Assembly: GCA_964016885.1 (NCBI GenBank)
Contig: OZ024742.1
Location: 173,166,001-173,230,000, forward strand
From: Eledone cirrhosa
Lineage: Eukaryota
Reading direction: 5' to 3'
DNA: 64,000 bases
The stretch's first letter is position 1; each line of letters starts with the position of its first letter. The notes under the pieces were generated by a model. That model did no database searches, was not told where the DNA came from, and saw nothing but the letters and a program-made list of their open reading frames with translations. Position numbers and translations under genes: made by a program. Below, in pieces: positions 26,576-40,617 of this stretch.

Positions 26576-27561
26576 CTAAATGTATTAAACATGTCAACAT
26601 GAATCGCGTTCGGGGCTAAAGTCTTTTTTTCTGCAAGTACTTGATAACACCACCAAATTCCGTCCATTTTCAAAATAATTCGCTACTAGTTAATGTTGAA
26701 TATATAAACAGTCAGATGTCAGTTTGATAAGAACAATTGAAATTAATGCATACGTTATGTAACAGCCCTATGAAATCTTCAGCCCACCTCGTACTTATAC
26801 AATGTTTTAATACGTATTGTATTCTCAATATTCTATCACATATGTTCAGATTGGAAATGTGTTCGTCCTCATGAAGACGAATCTTTTTACTTCTATATAT
26901 AAACGAGTGTTTGTGGGTGTGTGTTTGTGGGTGTATTCGTGAGTGCATGTATGAATTCCTTTCCTCTCTTTTAACCTGCAAATATAGATTTGACAATTAA
27001 TAAAAAACCATACAAATAATTTGCAGACATACGTAGAAATATTCAGCTACGGAAAAAACAGATTTTTATTTCCCCATTCGAATCGTGGAGTAAAGCAATT
27101 GATAGTAATTATTATAAATCGAGCAAAACTTATATTTTATTGGAACGTGCATCTAACATATAACTCTCTTCTTTTTATATTTAAATTGATTGCTAGTATA
27201 TATTTTATTGGAACAAAATATCAGAGGCGCTACATTTTTCATTTATACGGTTTGGAATAAATCAACGCCTTTATTGAATTTCTCTCAAATAAATGTAATT
27301 CTTTCAGTGATATGTGTGCTTATATATGACTGGTACTTAACTACAAAACTATTGTATGCGTAAATAAATTTCATTCTCTGTATTAATGTGTATTCATGCA
27401 TAAGACATAGGTGACCTCTATATACTACTCTCTTCATCAGTTGCTGTATACAACATAGCTATAGTTACATGCATGTAGATCTGCACAGATGCGAATATGT
27501 ATATATACATACATATATACATATATATATATACACACACACGCATACACACACAGACACA

Positions 27562-27640
<79 letters not shown>

Positions 27641-28024
27641 ACGGCGATGAATTAGTTTTGCGAAGTTTTTTATATGAAATCGTGTGTCGAAACAAATGTT
27701 TTTTTTATACTTGGGGACTAAGTAAAAATGACATACACATACAATGTAACGGGAGGTAACAATAGCACCACTGACGATGTTGAAGATGTGCAACGAAAGA
27801 ACTTTGATAAATTATATATATGTGTTTGTGTCTATATTGTATCTGTATTATTTTTGACCGTGGTCAGTCAATGGCAACATTGAGGACCGAATAAATTAGA
27901 TTACCGATATAAAAGACACAGAAGCGAAAAGCGAAAACCAACCAAACAGTGAGTGTGTTCTGTTATTAATTCTGGCAATATTACACACATATGACCCTCC
28001 CCAAGTATAACAATATATATAAAC

Positions 28025-28137
<113 letters not shown>

Positions 28138-28181
28138 AGCACACACACACACATATATATATACACACATATAAAAAAAAA

Positions 28182-28396
28182 GGGAACGATCGACTTTCGT
28201 CAAATCGGACCGAGGGAACAATGTTTCCGTTGGTCTTTCCAATTGTTAATACTATATATCGGTCGCAACTCCAGGTAGAAGAATCAACGTAATATAAAGT
28301 GTCTTGCTCAATGACATAACGCATCGCCTGTTCCAGGAATCGAACTCACAACCTTACGATTTCGAATCCAATTCTCTAACCACTCAGCCACACGCC
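28182..28396 (-). mobile_element. tRNA-derived SINE, family 2
   Basis: Homologous to 25220-25436. Confidence 0.85.
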
Positions 28397-28770
28397 TTCA
28401 CTCTCTCGCTCTCACACCCACACACACACTTGCATACACACACATATATCTATAGGAATACATATATGTGTGTCTATGTGTGTTATTGTGCAAGTATATG
28501 TGTTGTCTATGTGTATAGGGCTACTAACAAATTAAGAACACGTGACAATTTTCATTACGAGAAAACTGTAATATATGAATTTTATTACAGTCGGTGCACC
28601 TAGGGAATTAGTTCGATTGGTTGATCTACACAAACACTATGTACCGTCACAAATCATTACATTTACAATTTCAGATTCCTTCACACTATCCCATACACAC
28701 TTGCTTACATCCATATTCAGACAAAAAAAAACCACTCTCACACACACAAACACACAACACACACGCACGT

Positions 28771-28846
<76 letters not shown>

Positions 28847-29694
28847 TGTGCGTATGTATATATATATACACACACATCGAAATATGCTCACATTTACGCA
28901 CAGGCGCACATATCTCCACCAACCGTGAACCTAGTATAACTATGTACAAATTGCCTCCTGTGCTTTAGTGTAATAATAGTTTGGACAATATATACATACA
29001 TAGATACGTATTTATATATATCAATATGTGTTAGTATATATGTATGCATGTGCATAAAGATGTGTTCGTTTAATTTTGGTTTGCCGCATCTCATTATTTC
29101 GAGAAACAACGGTAAAAATCCCGTTGAGGATCCACTAAATCCTGTCAAAGTGAGGGTCAGAGATCTGCTTAACCCTTCTAGGGTTTCTGAAAAATCTAAA
29201 ACGAATGGTAACATTCACTTAACTCGTTACCGCTCAGTAGGGAGTCGTTCTGTCATACGTCGTTCTTTGATCTTTTAAAGATTCTCGCCAACACATGTTT
29301 GGAACGCAACCGATTTCCTTGACAGAAATAGAAACTAGAGGACATGATCAATTGAGATAGAGGAAGAATTACTCTGTGTTAAACTATTTATTACATTGAA
29401 AATATGAAAAGCAAACACACATTTTTGGGATCTGAACTCAGAGTGCAGCGACCAAGGACATTTTGAATACGAGGGCCAAAAGTTTATACAATTTACAGCA
29501 AGAAAAATAGAGATTCCGAAACTTCGAAGAACAAATGTAGGTGAATTGCAGTCAAAATTTCAGTATAGACAACTCCATATACATACATATATACGTAACA
29601 CACACACACACACATACACACACACACACACACACTCCACATATGTATATATATATATACATATATGTGTAACACACATACATACACATACACA

Positions 29695-29738
<44 letters not shown>

Positions 29739-30135
29739 GTAATAATAAGAAATGTGAAGACTAAAATCCAAAGAGGACTCGATAAGGGTAAATATATATC
29801 AAATATATAAGAACCGTAGAGCAAATATTTGTTAAAATAACAGATTAAAGTTTAAGCAAAGAATCGCTGCTTTCACCCTTAACGGGATCTTCTGAAACTA
29901 ACAAAGTAAATCTGTAAACGCAGAAGTGAATATTTCAGAAAACGTTGCAACCGGAGGAAGACAGTAAGACGATACTTTGGTTCGTGGAAACGTTCCCTGG
30001 CAAAGAACGGGGAAAACACGAATATAATACGTCATTATTTGGATCTGTGAAAAACAATTACACGCAAAGACCAAACCACGTTTATGGTATAAAAGTAGTC
30101 GTAGACTAATATATATATATATATGTAACACACAT

Positions 30136-30180
<45 letters not shown>

Positions 30181-30194
30181 GGAAAAGAGTCAGG

Positions 30195-30275
30195 ACCCCT
30201 CACTCTACTACCCTAGGTATCGAGTACTCGGGTGCGGTATGGTTCACCTGGTATCTTACCACACCCTCTTTGTTG
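30195..30275 (+). mobile_element. Diverged family B tail fragment
   Basis: CACTCTACTACCCTAGGTATCGAGTACT...CTTACCACA. Confidence 0.7.
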
Positions 30276-31153
30276 TTTGTTATATATATATAAAAGCCAA
30301 ATATTTGGTTGCCATTCAAGAGATTTGAATGTATGTCTCTCAAGTTATTTCAGTTGACCTAAGAATTCTTCGTGTTACCCATCTCTTTTACGATCCCCAA
30401 TCTGTAACGATGTTTAGCTCGTTAGCAGAGATAGTTACGGGGCTGTGGCTGAAAAATATGATGGAGCCAATTTTGAGGGTCCGGTGAAAACTGGTGTTCC
30501 GTTGCCGGGCATCACACAAAATCCCGGGTTATGTGTATATGTATGTGTATGTGTGTAAATATGTGTGTATGTGTGTAAATATGTGTGTATCTGTGCATGT
30601 TTGTCTGTGTGATTGTTTGCGTTCATATCTGTCTGAAAGTGTGAGCCTGTATGTGTCTCTTTTTTCTGTTATCATTAAACAAATTTTCATATTATAACAT
30701 GGGGTGGATAAACTGATATTGGATTTACTTTTGATATCATTTCTATTAACTTATAGATGCTCATACATAATACAATGTCACTTGCTATGTAGAACACCAG
30801 TGGAAACTGAAGCTGCCGTCCGAAATTTTATGGGAAATCTATCGCCTATGAAACATTAGAGCTAATTTAATGGCAGTAATAATTAGTTTTAATTATAGGT
30901 TTTATCATTGTTTGGGGAATGTTACTTGGAAAATCCGCACATAATTGATATGTTTGAGGTTGTATTCAGTTGAATAAAAAAACGATTATGTGAACTATGT
31001 ATTTATAACAATGAATAAATATGCACGCACGGATGTTTGGGCAAAGAGTTCACTTTGAATATAATTTGTTTCTATATCAGTTCTAGTGCATGCTTCCTAG
31101 TATACATGTCTACTGCTATAACGACATGTTAAGTGAAATTACACACAACACAC

Positions 31154-31185
<32 letters not shown>

Positions 31186-31219
31186 CAATGTAATATGGTG
31201 GTATTTATACATTTTCTAT

Positions 31220-31705
31220 AATTAGATAATTAAGAATCGTTTTCCAAAGAGGAACGGAAGGATACTACATTTAAATAAGCTACTGAATTCTTTAATACAA
31301 AACAGACACATATTTAATAAAGTAATTCCACCTACGGATCTAGATCTATTTCATTCATTGTAAATCTGATGATTTCAGGCGAAAGAACCTGTACTACACA
31401 CTTCATGATAAACTGCACAGGTACACTCACCTACACGCACACACACATACTCTCACAAACACACACACATATATATAAAAATATGTGTGTGTGTGTGTGT
31501 GGCTGTGAGTGTACGTGTGCAGTTTATAGTGTCGTGTGTAGCACAGGTTCTTTCCCTTGAAATCATCAGATTTACAATATAGGAAGTAGATCTAGATCCG
31601 TATGTGCAATTACTATATTAAATATGTGCCTGTTAAAGAATTCAGTAGCTTATTTAAATGTAGTACTCTTCCGTTCCTCTTTGGAAACGATTCTTAGTTA
31701 TCTAT
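31220..31705. repeat. Diverged inverted repeat (about 210 bp arms) around (CA)n/(TG)n
   Basis: 31220-31430 is the approximate reverse complement of 31505-31705. Confidence 0.85.
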
Positions 31706-31832
31706 CAATATGTTTATAAATATACATGTATTTATATATATATATTCATAAGTATATATATATATATATTTAAATATATATAATAAAATAAATATGGTTT
31801 TATAAATATAGTTTCCATTTATTTAATATCAT

Positions 31833-31872
<40 letters not shown>

Positions 31873-32126
31873 ATGATAAATGGTATATATATATATATGG
31901 AAACTATATTTATAAAACCATATTTATTTTGTTTCTGAATTTGTTTAGCAAGATTCTTTATCTGAAATCGTGTGTTGAAACCGATATTGTTATACTTTGG
32001 GAGGGTTATGTTGCCAATAAGAAACACACGCACCAGTTGCTTTCACTTCAATTTATTATATATTTATAAATTTATAAATTTACAAATCTACAAATTTATA
32101 AATTTCTGGTTGGTTGGTTAGTTCCA

Positions 32127-33224
32127 CATATTTATTTTATTATATATATTTCAAGGGAAACCAAGCCATCCTTGATGCGCTTTGATCAGATAAAATACAC
32201 AGTTTGTTTTATAAATAAAGACGTACCCATGACAATCATACCTTATCGTTCGGAAATGCACTGGGTAGTGGAAACCTATTAGCGATTATCCAAAGTTATG
32301 TGTGAATATGCAAATGAGTGTGTAAATAATTGAAAAAAATACCGTTTATTTAAATGACGCTGGGGAAAGATAGGGACAAAGGAGAGAGAGAAAAAATATT
32401 AATATTATGAGATAGATAGAGAGAAGAAATTAAATAGAACTCATGTAACGTAAATAAGTTTTAAGTTCATGTCTACTAATGGTACGTATATTTACTATTA
32501 CTTACTCGTTAGAATTGTTTTCTAAGATATATTTACTATTATAAGTAGATATAAACAATATATAGAAAAATAAATACATACAAAACAATCAGATAGAAAA
32601 ATATATGGAAAAATAAATAGATAGAAAAATAGATAAATAGAAGAATCAATAGTTAGAAAAGTAGATACATAGAAAAATATATATATGAATGGATGGATGG
32701 GTATATCGTGTTATAGATAATTGTTTTAATGAGTTCTGAGGGATATTGTTTTATATTTAGTGTAACTTATATTTAGTGTAATTTAGTTAACTGAGTTAAG
32801 AATATTTTTATATTCTAAATGTTTTAAATTGGGAAGATACGGAAAAAAACCACTAGTTTTTTTGTTTATTAGTTAGTATAAGACCATTTTTTTAAAATAA
32901 TTTTAAATATTAAAAATATTCACACATAACTTTGAATGATCCCTAATACGTTTCCACTATCCAGAGAATTTCCGACCGATAAGGTATGATTTTAATGGGT
33001 ACGTCCTTATTTATTAAACAAACTTTGTATTTTATCTGATGAAAACGCACAAGGGTTGGCTTGGTTGCCCTTGAAATATAAATAATAAAATAAATATGGT
33101 TTCATAAATATAGTTTCCATTTATTGAATATCAGGGAATATTTACTCCAGTAACTTGTTGAGTGCTCTAAATCAGTTATAAACATTTATGTTTGTCGGAC
33201 TTCCAACTAATTAAATACAACTTC

Positions 33225-33230
<6 letters not shown>
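32127..33230. mobile_element. Family A inverted pair with HHRs at 32133-32197(-) and 33028-33092(+)
   Basis: Arms 32127-32310 and 32916-33098. Plus copy: TATTTTAT-CTGATGA-...CTT-GAAA-TATAAATA-ATAAAATA. Confidence 0.8.
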
Positions 33231-33266
<36 letters not shown>

Positions 33267-33660
33267 GGGTGTGGGGTGGGGGTGTATGTGTATGTGTATG
33301 TGTTAGTTTGAAAACGAATGTAAACACCAACTAATACATGCTCGTTAAGTTTAGAGTAAGTATATTAATAATTTTAAATACGTTCGATTATCAAATATCG
33401 ATGGAAATACGACTAGGTATTTTAAATATCATGAAGAATCAACCATCATTTCATATGGAGCATTTCATATGGTGCACTGGTGATTTAATCACACGTGGTG
33501 TTATATCTGTCAATGCATATGCATATGTGCGGAGCACGGTGTCTGTCTCTGAATATGTCCTGTAATTCAACCTAACGATTCAACAAACATATAGCAATAA
33601 AATGAATAGCAGACTTGGAAATATATGCACTATGATCGACAAGAAATATATGCACTATGA

Positions 33661-33842
33661 TTGACAGTATCGGTAGAGGGTCGGACGCCATGCTTTGCAG
33701 CAAAGAGTTACGGCCCTTTATGGTCTGAGTTTAAATCCCTCCGAGGTTAACTTTGCTTTCATCCTTACAGGGTCGATAACATAAAGTACCAGTAATACAC
33801 TAGGAAAATTGCGGGCGTTGTGCCAAAAGTAGAAACAATTAT
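33661..33842 (+). mobile_element. Family 1 SINE
   Basis: Consensus match. Confidence 0.88.
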
Positions 33843-34461
33843 TTCTTTTTAAGCGGTAAAATATAAAATAGAAACGATTTCCGAACTATAAGTAGAATTG
33901 TTATAGGAGATTGTAACGCAGGTGCTTTAAAATGTTCAAGTGGAGTTTAAAAAAAACTATATTGAGGCGAAAATGTAATCTCATTTATTGTTTAATGAGA
34001 AACAGACTAGAAGCATATAAAGAATGTTCAGTCTTGCTGTCAACTCTCTTTAAGGATTGTTATCAATGTCTCAATAAATCTATTATCTTATGGCAGCGAA
34101 TCAACTGGATTCATTAGGCATACATTGTCATATAAGAGTATAATATGTATAAAAAGAACTATCTTTCTCACCCCCTCTCACCAGCGGATGTTTGTTGATG
34201 ATGATGAGAATTATAATGATGATGATCATGATGATATATATATATATATATATATATGAGACCATATATACATATATATATATATATACATATACATACA
34301 TATATATATATATATATACATATACATACATATATATATATATATATACCTATACATACATATATATATATATATACATATACATACATATATATATATA
34401 TACCTATACATACATATATATATATATATACATATACATACATATATATATATATATACCT

Positions 34462-34500
<39 letters not shown>

Positions 34501-34572
34501 CATATATATACCTATACATACATATATATATATATAGATATATATACATATATATATATATATAGAGAGAGA

Positions 34573-34652
<80 letters not shown>

Positions 34653-34673
34653 TATATATATATATACATACAA

Positions 34674-34790
<117 letters not shown>

Positions 34791-34860
34791 AACAAGGTTT
34801 AGTAAATAATAAAAATGTTTCAAAATAAATTTAAAAAAATTGACTTTACCTACTATAGTT

Positions 34861-34944
34861 ACCTTTACCGATCGGTTTCGAATCCCAAAAATAAAACGGG
34901 GACCATACGGCCTTCGTTGCAAAGAAAGATTCTCGTCAGAAGGT
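34861..34944 (-). ncRNA. Hammerhead ribozyme, family D
   Basis: ACCTT-CTGACGA-GAATCT...GGATTC-GAA-ACCGATCGGT-A-AAGGT. Confidence 0.88.
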
Positions 34945-35664
34945 TCTTTTCATTCAAAGAATATGAAATTCCTGAATTTAAATCACAGACTAGCGCTATC
35001 AAATCTGTTCCTGGGATGAGGGTGGATGATGTAGAAACAGGTTTATCAAGGGCCGTAGCAAAGATAGAGGCAAAAGGAGGTAGGTCAAACTAGCCACAGC
35101 TATTGCTAGCAGCAGTCAGGACGACCAAATTTGTTCTCAACATTAGTGGAGGTAGTAGTAATAGGAAATACGTTCCTTCACGCACAAGGCGCCAAGGTAC
35201 GCATGTATTGTCCAACCAAATGCCAGTGTGGTTCAATGGCGGGTTAATAAATTAACGAGCCAGAACAAATATAAACAAGGTTTAGTAAATAATGAAAAAG
35301 TTTCAAAATAAATTTTAAAAAATTGACTTTACCTACTATAGTTACCTTTACCGATCGGTTTCGAATCCCCAAAATAAAACGGAGTGGCATTTGGTTGGAC
35401 AATACATGCGTAGCTTGGCGCCTTGTGCGTGAAGGAACGTATTTCCTATTACTACTACCTCCACTAATGTTGAGAAAAATTTGGTCGTTCTGACTGCTGC
35501 TAGCAATAGCTGTGGCTAGTTTGACCTACCTCCTTTTGCCTCTATCTTTGCTACGGCCCTTGATAAACCTGTTTCTACATCATCCACTCTCATCCCAGGA
35601 ACAGTATTGATAGCGCTAGTCTGTGATTTAAATTCAGGAATTTTATATTCTTTGAATGAAAAGA

Positions 35665-35748
35665 ACCTTCTGACGAGAATCTTTCTTTGCAACGAAGGCC
35701 GTCTGGTCTCCGTTTTATTTTTGGGATTCGAAACCGATCGGTAAAGGT
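35665..35748 (+). ncRNA. Hammerhead ribozyme, family D
   Basis: Intact core; GUA site at 35741-35743. Confidence 0.9.
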
Positions 35749-36147
35749 AACTATAGTAGGTAAAGTCAATTTTTTAAAATTTATTTTGAAACTTTTTCAT
35801 TATTTACTAAACCTTGTTTATATTTGTTCTGGCTCGTTAATTTATCAACCCGCCATTGAACCACACTGGCATTTGGTTGGACAATACATGCGTACCGTGG
35901 CGCCTTGTGGGTGAAGGAACGTATTTCCTATTACTACTACCTCCACTAATGTTGAGAACAAATTTGGTCGTTCTGACTGCTGCTAGCAATAGCTGTGGCT
36001 AGTTTGACCTACCTCCTTTTGCCTCTATCTTTGCTACGGCCCTTGATAAACCTGTTTCTACATCATCCACTCTCATCCCAGGAACAGTTTTGATAGCGCT
36101 AGTCTATGATTTAAATTCAGGAATTTTATATTCTTTGAATGAAAAGA

Positions 36148-36231
36148 ACCTTCTGACGAGAATCTTTCTTTGCAACGAAGGCCGTATGGTCTCCGTTTTA
36201 TTTTTGGGATTCGAAACCGATCGGTAAAGGT
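36148..36231 (+). ncRNA. Hammerhead ribozyme, family D
   Basis: Intact core; GUA site at 36224-36226. Confidence 0.9.
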
Positions 36232-36409
36232 AACTATAGTAGGTAAAGTCAATTTTTTTAAATTTATTTTGAAACTTTTTCATTATTTACTAAACCGTGT
36301 TTATATTTGTTCTGGCTCGTTAATTTATTAACCCCCCATTGAACCACACTGGCATTTGGTTGGACAATACATGCGTACCTTGGCGCCTTGTGCGTGAAGG
36401 AACGTATTT

Positions 36410-36473
<64 letters not shown>

Positions 36474-36536
36474 GGACGTAAAATAAGAACATATTAAAAA
36501 AAGATTTAAAAAATTAACTTACCTACTAAAATGTTC

Positions 36537-36590
36537 ACTCCAACTAATTAGTTTCTGCAATGGGATAAAGACATTGCGTCATCAGGGAGT
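36537..36590 (-). ncRNA. Hammerhead ribozyme, family E, in fold-back element 36468-36819
   Basis: ACTCC-CTGATGA-CGCAATG(TCTTTATCC)CATTGCA-GAA-ACTAATTAGT-T-GGAGT. Arms 36468-36574 and 36712-36819. Confidence 0.85.
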
Positions 36591-36925
36591 CTATTCTTAG
36601 CTAAGTCTCCAGGCAATCCGCGGACACCGGGGACTCATATAAAAATAATAATAATTCGGTAGATGGAACAGCTAGCGGGGCAATGAATTCTCGACGGTTA
36701 TATTACGTAACTGTCTTTATCCCATTGCAGAAACTAATTAGTTGGAGTGAACATTTTAGTAAGTAAGTTAATTTTTTAAATCTTTTCTTTTTAATTTTCT
36801 TATTTTACGTCCTTCATATTATTGTTCTGCATCCTCCTGCATGAACCACCTAGGTACTATGACATAACTTATGTATTTGCTGGCATTAGCGTACATCTGT
36901 ACGCATATGTTAGTAGATATACTAA

Positions 36926-37005
<80 letters not shown>

Positions 37006-37018
37006 TATATATATATGA

Positions 37019-37067
37019 GATTCTACAGGACTAAAACTGTTTCACACTTTAGAAATCATCAGGAATC
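37019..37067 (-). ncRNA. Hammerhead ribozyme, family F
   Basis: GATTC-CTGATGA-TTTCTAAAGTGT-GAA-ACAG(TTTTAGTC)CTGT-A-GAATC; stem II is weak. Element 37019-37320 is homologous to 47865-48160. Confidence 0.7.
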
Positions 37068-37848
37068 GGTCTTTCCAAAATAAATGTTGTAGTATTTATA
37101 TCTTTTCGCGTGGTAGGAGAGGGTGGGGAGTGGGATGGGTGGAGGTCATTGGTTGAAAGAAAAGGGAATTCATTAAAAGCTAATTCTTTTAGGCTATAAT
37201 TTATATTGAGAGTGGCAAAGGCAGAAAGAATTCTATAAACAAGTTCAAATTGGGGTGGCACTCGCTATTTTTAAGTTTCTCTTAAGCTAACAATGCCTAT
37301 ATTTCAGGTGTCTATAAGATGGTTGGGGGTCAGTCATGTTTGATGGATTTAAAGAAAACGGAAATTCTTTAAAACTAATTCATTAAAGCTCTACTTAGAG
37401 TGACAAAGGCCAAGAGAATTCTATAAACCAGTTCAAAATACTGGGTTCCTATCATATCATTATTGTCATGTTTCTCTAAAGCTATATTCCAGGTGTCAAC
37501 AGACACACATTTGCTGACTGATGAACCTGTGGCTGTTAAACTGCACATGTGTGTAATATGTTTGTATCTGAGCTCAGGAGAAAATTCTCTATTCTTCTTT
37601 GAGCTAATATTATTATTATTACTGGGAACTGCGGAATACTCTTAATTCCGATCCTAGTTTACTTAACGAGCTCCAAATTATTGAGCTAATAAATTCTAAT
37701 GGTTGGGCTGCTCTCTCTAGCATATTCCCCAATCCATGAGAACCGTTATTTGATGCACATGCCACGGGATTTCGCCCTACCCTGGGCAGCGTGTATATTA
37801 GCTTTCTAATATCCATGAGGTTAGATGTGTAGTAAAGAGAATCCACAT

Positions 37849-37920
37849 TTGTTGACTGATGAACCTGTGGCTGTTAAAATGCACATTTCTGTGGTGAATC
37901 GAACTAATTTGTATCAGCAA
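37849..37920 (+). ncRNA. Hammerhead ribozyme, family G (GAAA mutated to GAAT)
   Basis: TTGTTGA-CTGATGA-ACC...GGT-GAATCGAACTAATTTGTA-TCAGCAA. A partial duplicate at 37510-37550 has TTGCTGA. 37551-37660 repeats at 38094-38200. Confidence 0.65.
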
Positions 37921-38198
37921 ACTTATAGTTATAAGGTCAGTAATTTAAAATCTACTTCAGAGATTTGATTCCGACTTAGGTTTTTTTCTATTTAATTGCT
38001 AAACCTGTAGATATTGTTTTCTATACAGTAACGGTAAAAATCCCTTGTAATAATTATTTACACACATTTCACTGTGTAACACACTTCTATTTGTGTAATA
38101 TATTTGTATCTGAGCTCAGAAGAACATTCTCTATTCTTCTTTGAATTAATATTATTATTATTACTGTGAACTGCAGTATACTCTTAATTTCGACCCTA

Positions 38199-38245
<47 letters not shown>

Positions 38246-39002
38246 ACATAAACAGAGAAAGCCTTCAGCGATAGTCCGACCAACTATATATATATATATA
38301 TATATCACCTCACAGTCTGTGACCTACATGCCATGGAACATCCACCACCCGCCTCGTGGTCGAACAACGCACCATCTTCACCATACAGACCCACACACCA
38401 CCGGCCTGAAACCCCTACCCCTATTCATTTAGCCTTCGATCCCCCCACCTACACACACATCCCCACTAACACCACTACCACACACTCCTCACTTTCATCG
38501 CCCCACCTTCTTGGCCCATCCCACAACTAACAATACTAACACACCCACCCTATCCCCAACTAACAATAATAACATCCCCACTCCTCCCCCCAACACACGC
38601 GCACTAAACTCCCCACACGCATACACCCACCTGTACATATAAACACGCACTCACACTATCCACACACCCTACTACCACCACTTAACAATCACCCACACAT
38701 CCACTCCGACCACCCCAAAACTAATATCACTAACATCCCCCCAACCCCACGCACACGAACACACACCATCACACACACACACACCCACACCTACGTACAT
38801 CACCCACTAAAAAACCACTAACACCACTTACACACCCGCATTCATATATATATATATATTCATAGTATCATATTCGTGTATATATATATATATACATACT
38901 TTCACTAAACAGGAAAAAAATTAGTGAGACATTCCTATAAAGAAATACACGCAAACTACAAAACAAACACACTCACAGACACGCATGCAAACACATATGT
39001 GT

Positions 39003-39038
<36 letters not shown>

Positions 39039-39042
39039 ACAC

Positions 39043-39073
<31 letters not shown>

Positions 39074-39542
39074 CATGTGCTGAAGTGTTTCTGTGTTGTG
39101 TGTGTTTATGCTGGAGGTTGTGTATACATTCTAATAGAAAAGTCTCTATACATGTTTTACCATTTACGTTAGTTTCTTCTCTGTCAAATGGTTACTTACA
39201 TTTATGTGGTGAAATTAATGGAATTATCTTTGATCAATACGAAACAAAAGTCGTCTTTTACTTCCAGGATTATATCTAAGATGCCTCTGCATTAAAATTG
39301 GCATGAATTCTTCAGGCCTTTTTGTAATTTCTGATCAGAAAGCTTTCCATATTCTTCAGATGATAACTTACCTTATTTAGAATAATAGTCTTTATGTCAT
39401 TAATATCTATCTATTTATATAGTAGAAAGGAAAAGATGTTTTCCAGTAGAAAATGTTGAAGAGATATTTTTAGTGAAATTTCAAAGTATTAATCTGTTTA
39501 CAATACCGATTTCAGCATTAAATGCATAGTCAATTGCGGATA

Positions 39543-39932
39543 TGCAGAATATTGTTTAGTTGCATATTTGTACAAATAGTGAAAATAATAATAACAAAAA
39601 AAATATAGAGAGGGGAAGAAAAGTTAATTTTCACATAAGTGAGGGTAGAAGCAGAAGGGGAGAGGAGTAGAAGGAGGGTCCCACACAGCAGTCTGCAGCC
39701 ACAACAACCATCACCTGCCTCCTCCCGTCTTCCTTCTTCTCCTCTCCCCTCCAGCTTCTACCCTCTCCAGTCACAAAAAAAGCCATTAGCAGAGAAGGAT
39801 GGGCAGACACATTTACTTTCTACTCCGAAGGATCATGTATGTGAAAATTAACTTTTGTTCACCTCTCTATATTTTTTTGTTATTATCATTATTTTCACTG
39901 TTTGTACAAATATGCAACTTAACAATATTCTC
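39543..39932. repeat. Inverted repeat (about 95 bp arms) adjoining the GIY-YIG fragment
   Basis: 39543-39637 is the approximate reverse complement of 39838-39932. Confidence 0.85.
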
Positions 39933-39934
39933 AA

Positions 39935-40200
39935 ATGTTCGGCAAAACGGTCCGCCATATGGCATCCCGTTTGTCCGATATATAAAGATCCGCAAAGGGA
40001 ACACCGTAGCGCATAAGCAACGTGGGTGGATGTGCATGTGAAGGAATGGCGGATACGGAAACACCCCTTAGTACCTGTAAGAGTGATGAGGGTGGAAATA
40101 AAGGGACAAGTGTTGCAGCGGGAACGGAACAAGGATGATAGCCGGGTGGAGTCGTGGGGGAGGACGAAAAAGAACTGCGAAACAGGAGTTCGCGGAGGTT
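39935..40200 (-). mobile_element. PLE (Neptune-type) GIY-YIG endonuclease fragment
   Basis: RSRCNTCPFI...FTCTSTHVAYALRCSLCGSLYIGQTGCHMADRFAEHLR. Confidence 0.88.
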
Positions 40201-40218
40201 GCGCGCGCGATATATATA

Positions 40219-40273
<55 letters not shown>

Positions 40274-40552
40274 AGTAGCAGTAGTAGAAGTAGTACTAGT
40301 AGTAGTAGTATTAGTAGTAGTAATAATAGTAGTGAATGAACAGGGGTTTATATCTTATATCCAAAGGACGGGTTCGATTATCGAGTTAGTTTCTAGAGCA
40401 TATTAACAAACCATATTTGAAAAGATATTTTGACCGAAGTATTGTGATATATATATATAAAGTCATAACCTCACTATCCGGGAGCTTCCAAAAGTAATGG
40501 TTGCATTCTTTAAGGGTATGTCAATATTTGTTTATAAAACTGCTCTATATTA

Positions 40553-40617
40553 TATTTTATCTCATGAAAGCACACCATGATTTAACTTGGTGTCCTTGAA
40601 ATATGTATAATGAAATA
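40553..40617 (+). ncRNA. Hammerhead ribozyme, family A (core mutated to CTCATGA)
   Basis: TATTTTAT-CTCATGA-AAG C ACACCA..TGGTGT C CTT-GAAA-TATGTATA-ATGAAATA. Confidence 0.7.

Larger units (their letters stand above)
34791..36412. mobile_element. 483-bp HHR tandem repeat (retrozyme-like): about 1.2 units on minus joined head-to-head to about 2.1 units on plus, in (TA)n
   Basis: Period 483 (34861/35344 and 35665/36148). Inversion junction at 35384/35385. Confidence 0.92.

Noticed and set aside
27765-27810. CTGACGA-TGTTG..CAAC-GAAAG as a hammerhead
   Set aside because: Stem II is present but stems I and III cannot be formed; at best a decayed copy.
31360-31400. CTGATGA-TTTCAGGC-GAAAG as a hammerhead
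   Set aside because: No stem II pairing, and no stem I or NUH partner within the same arm.
38330-38840. C/A-rich tract (and the purine-rich tract at 43170-43640)
   Set aside because: Low-complexity, degenerate simple repeat with no further structure seen.
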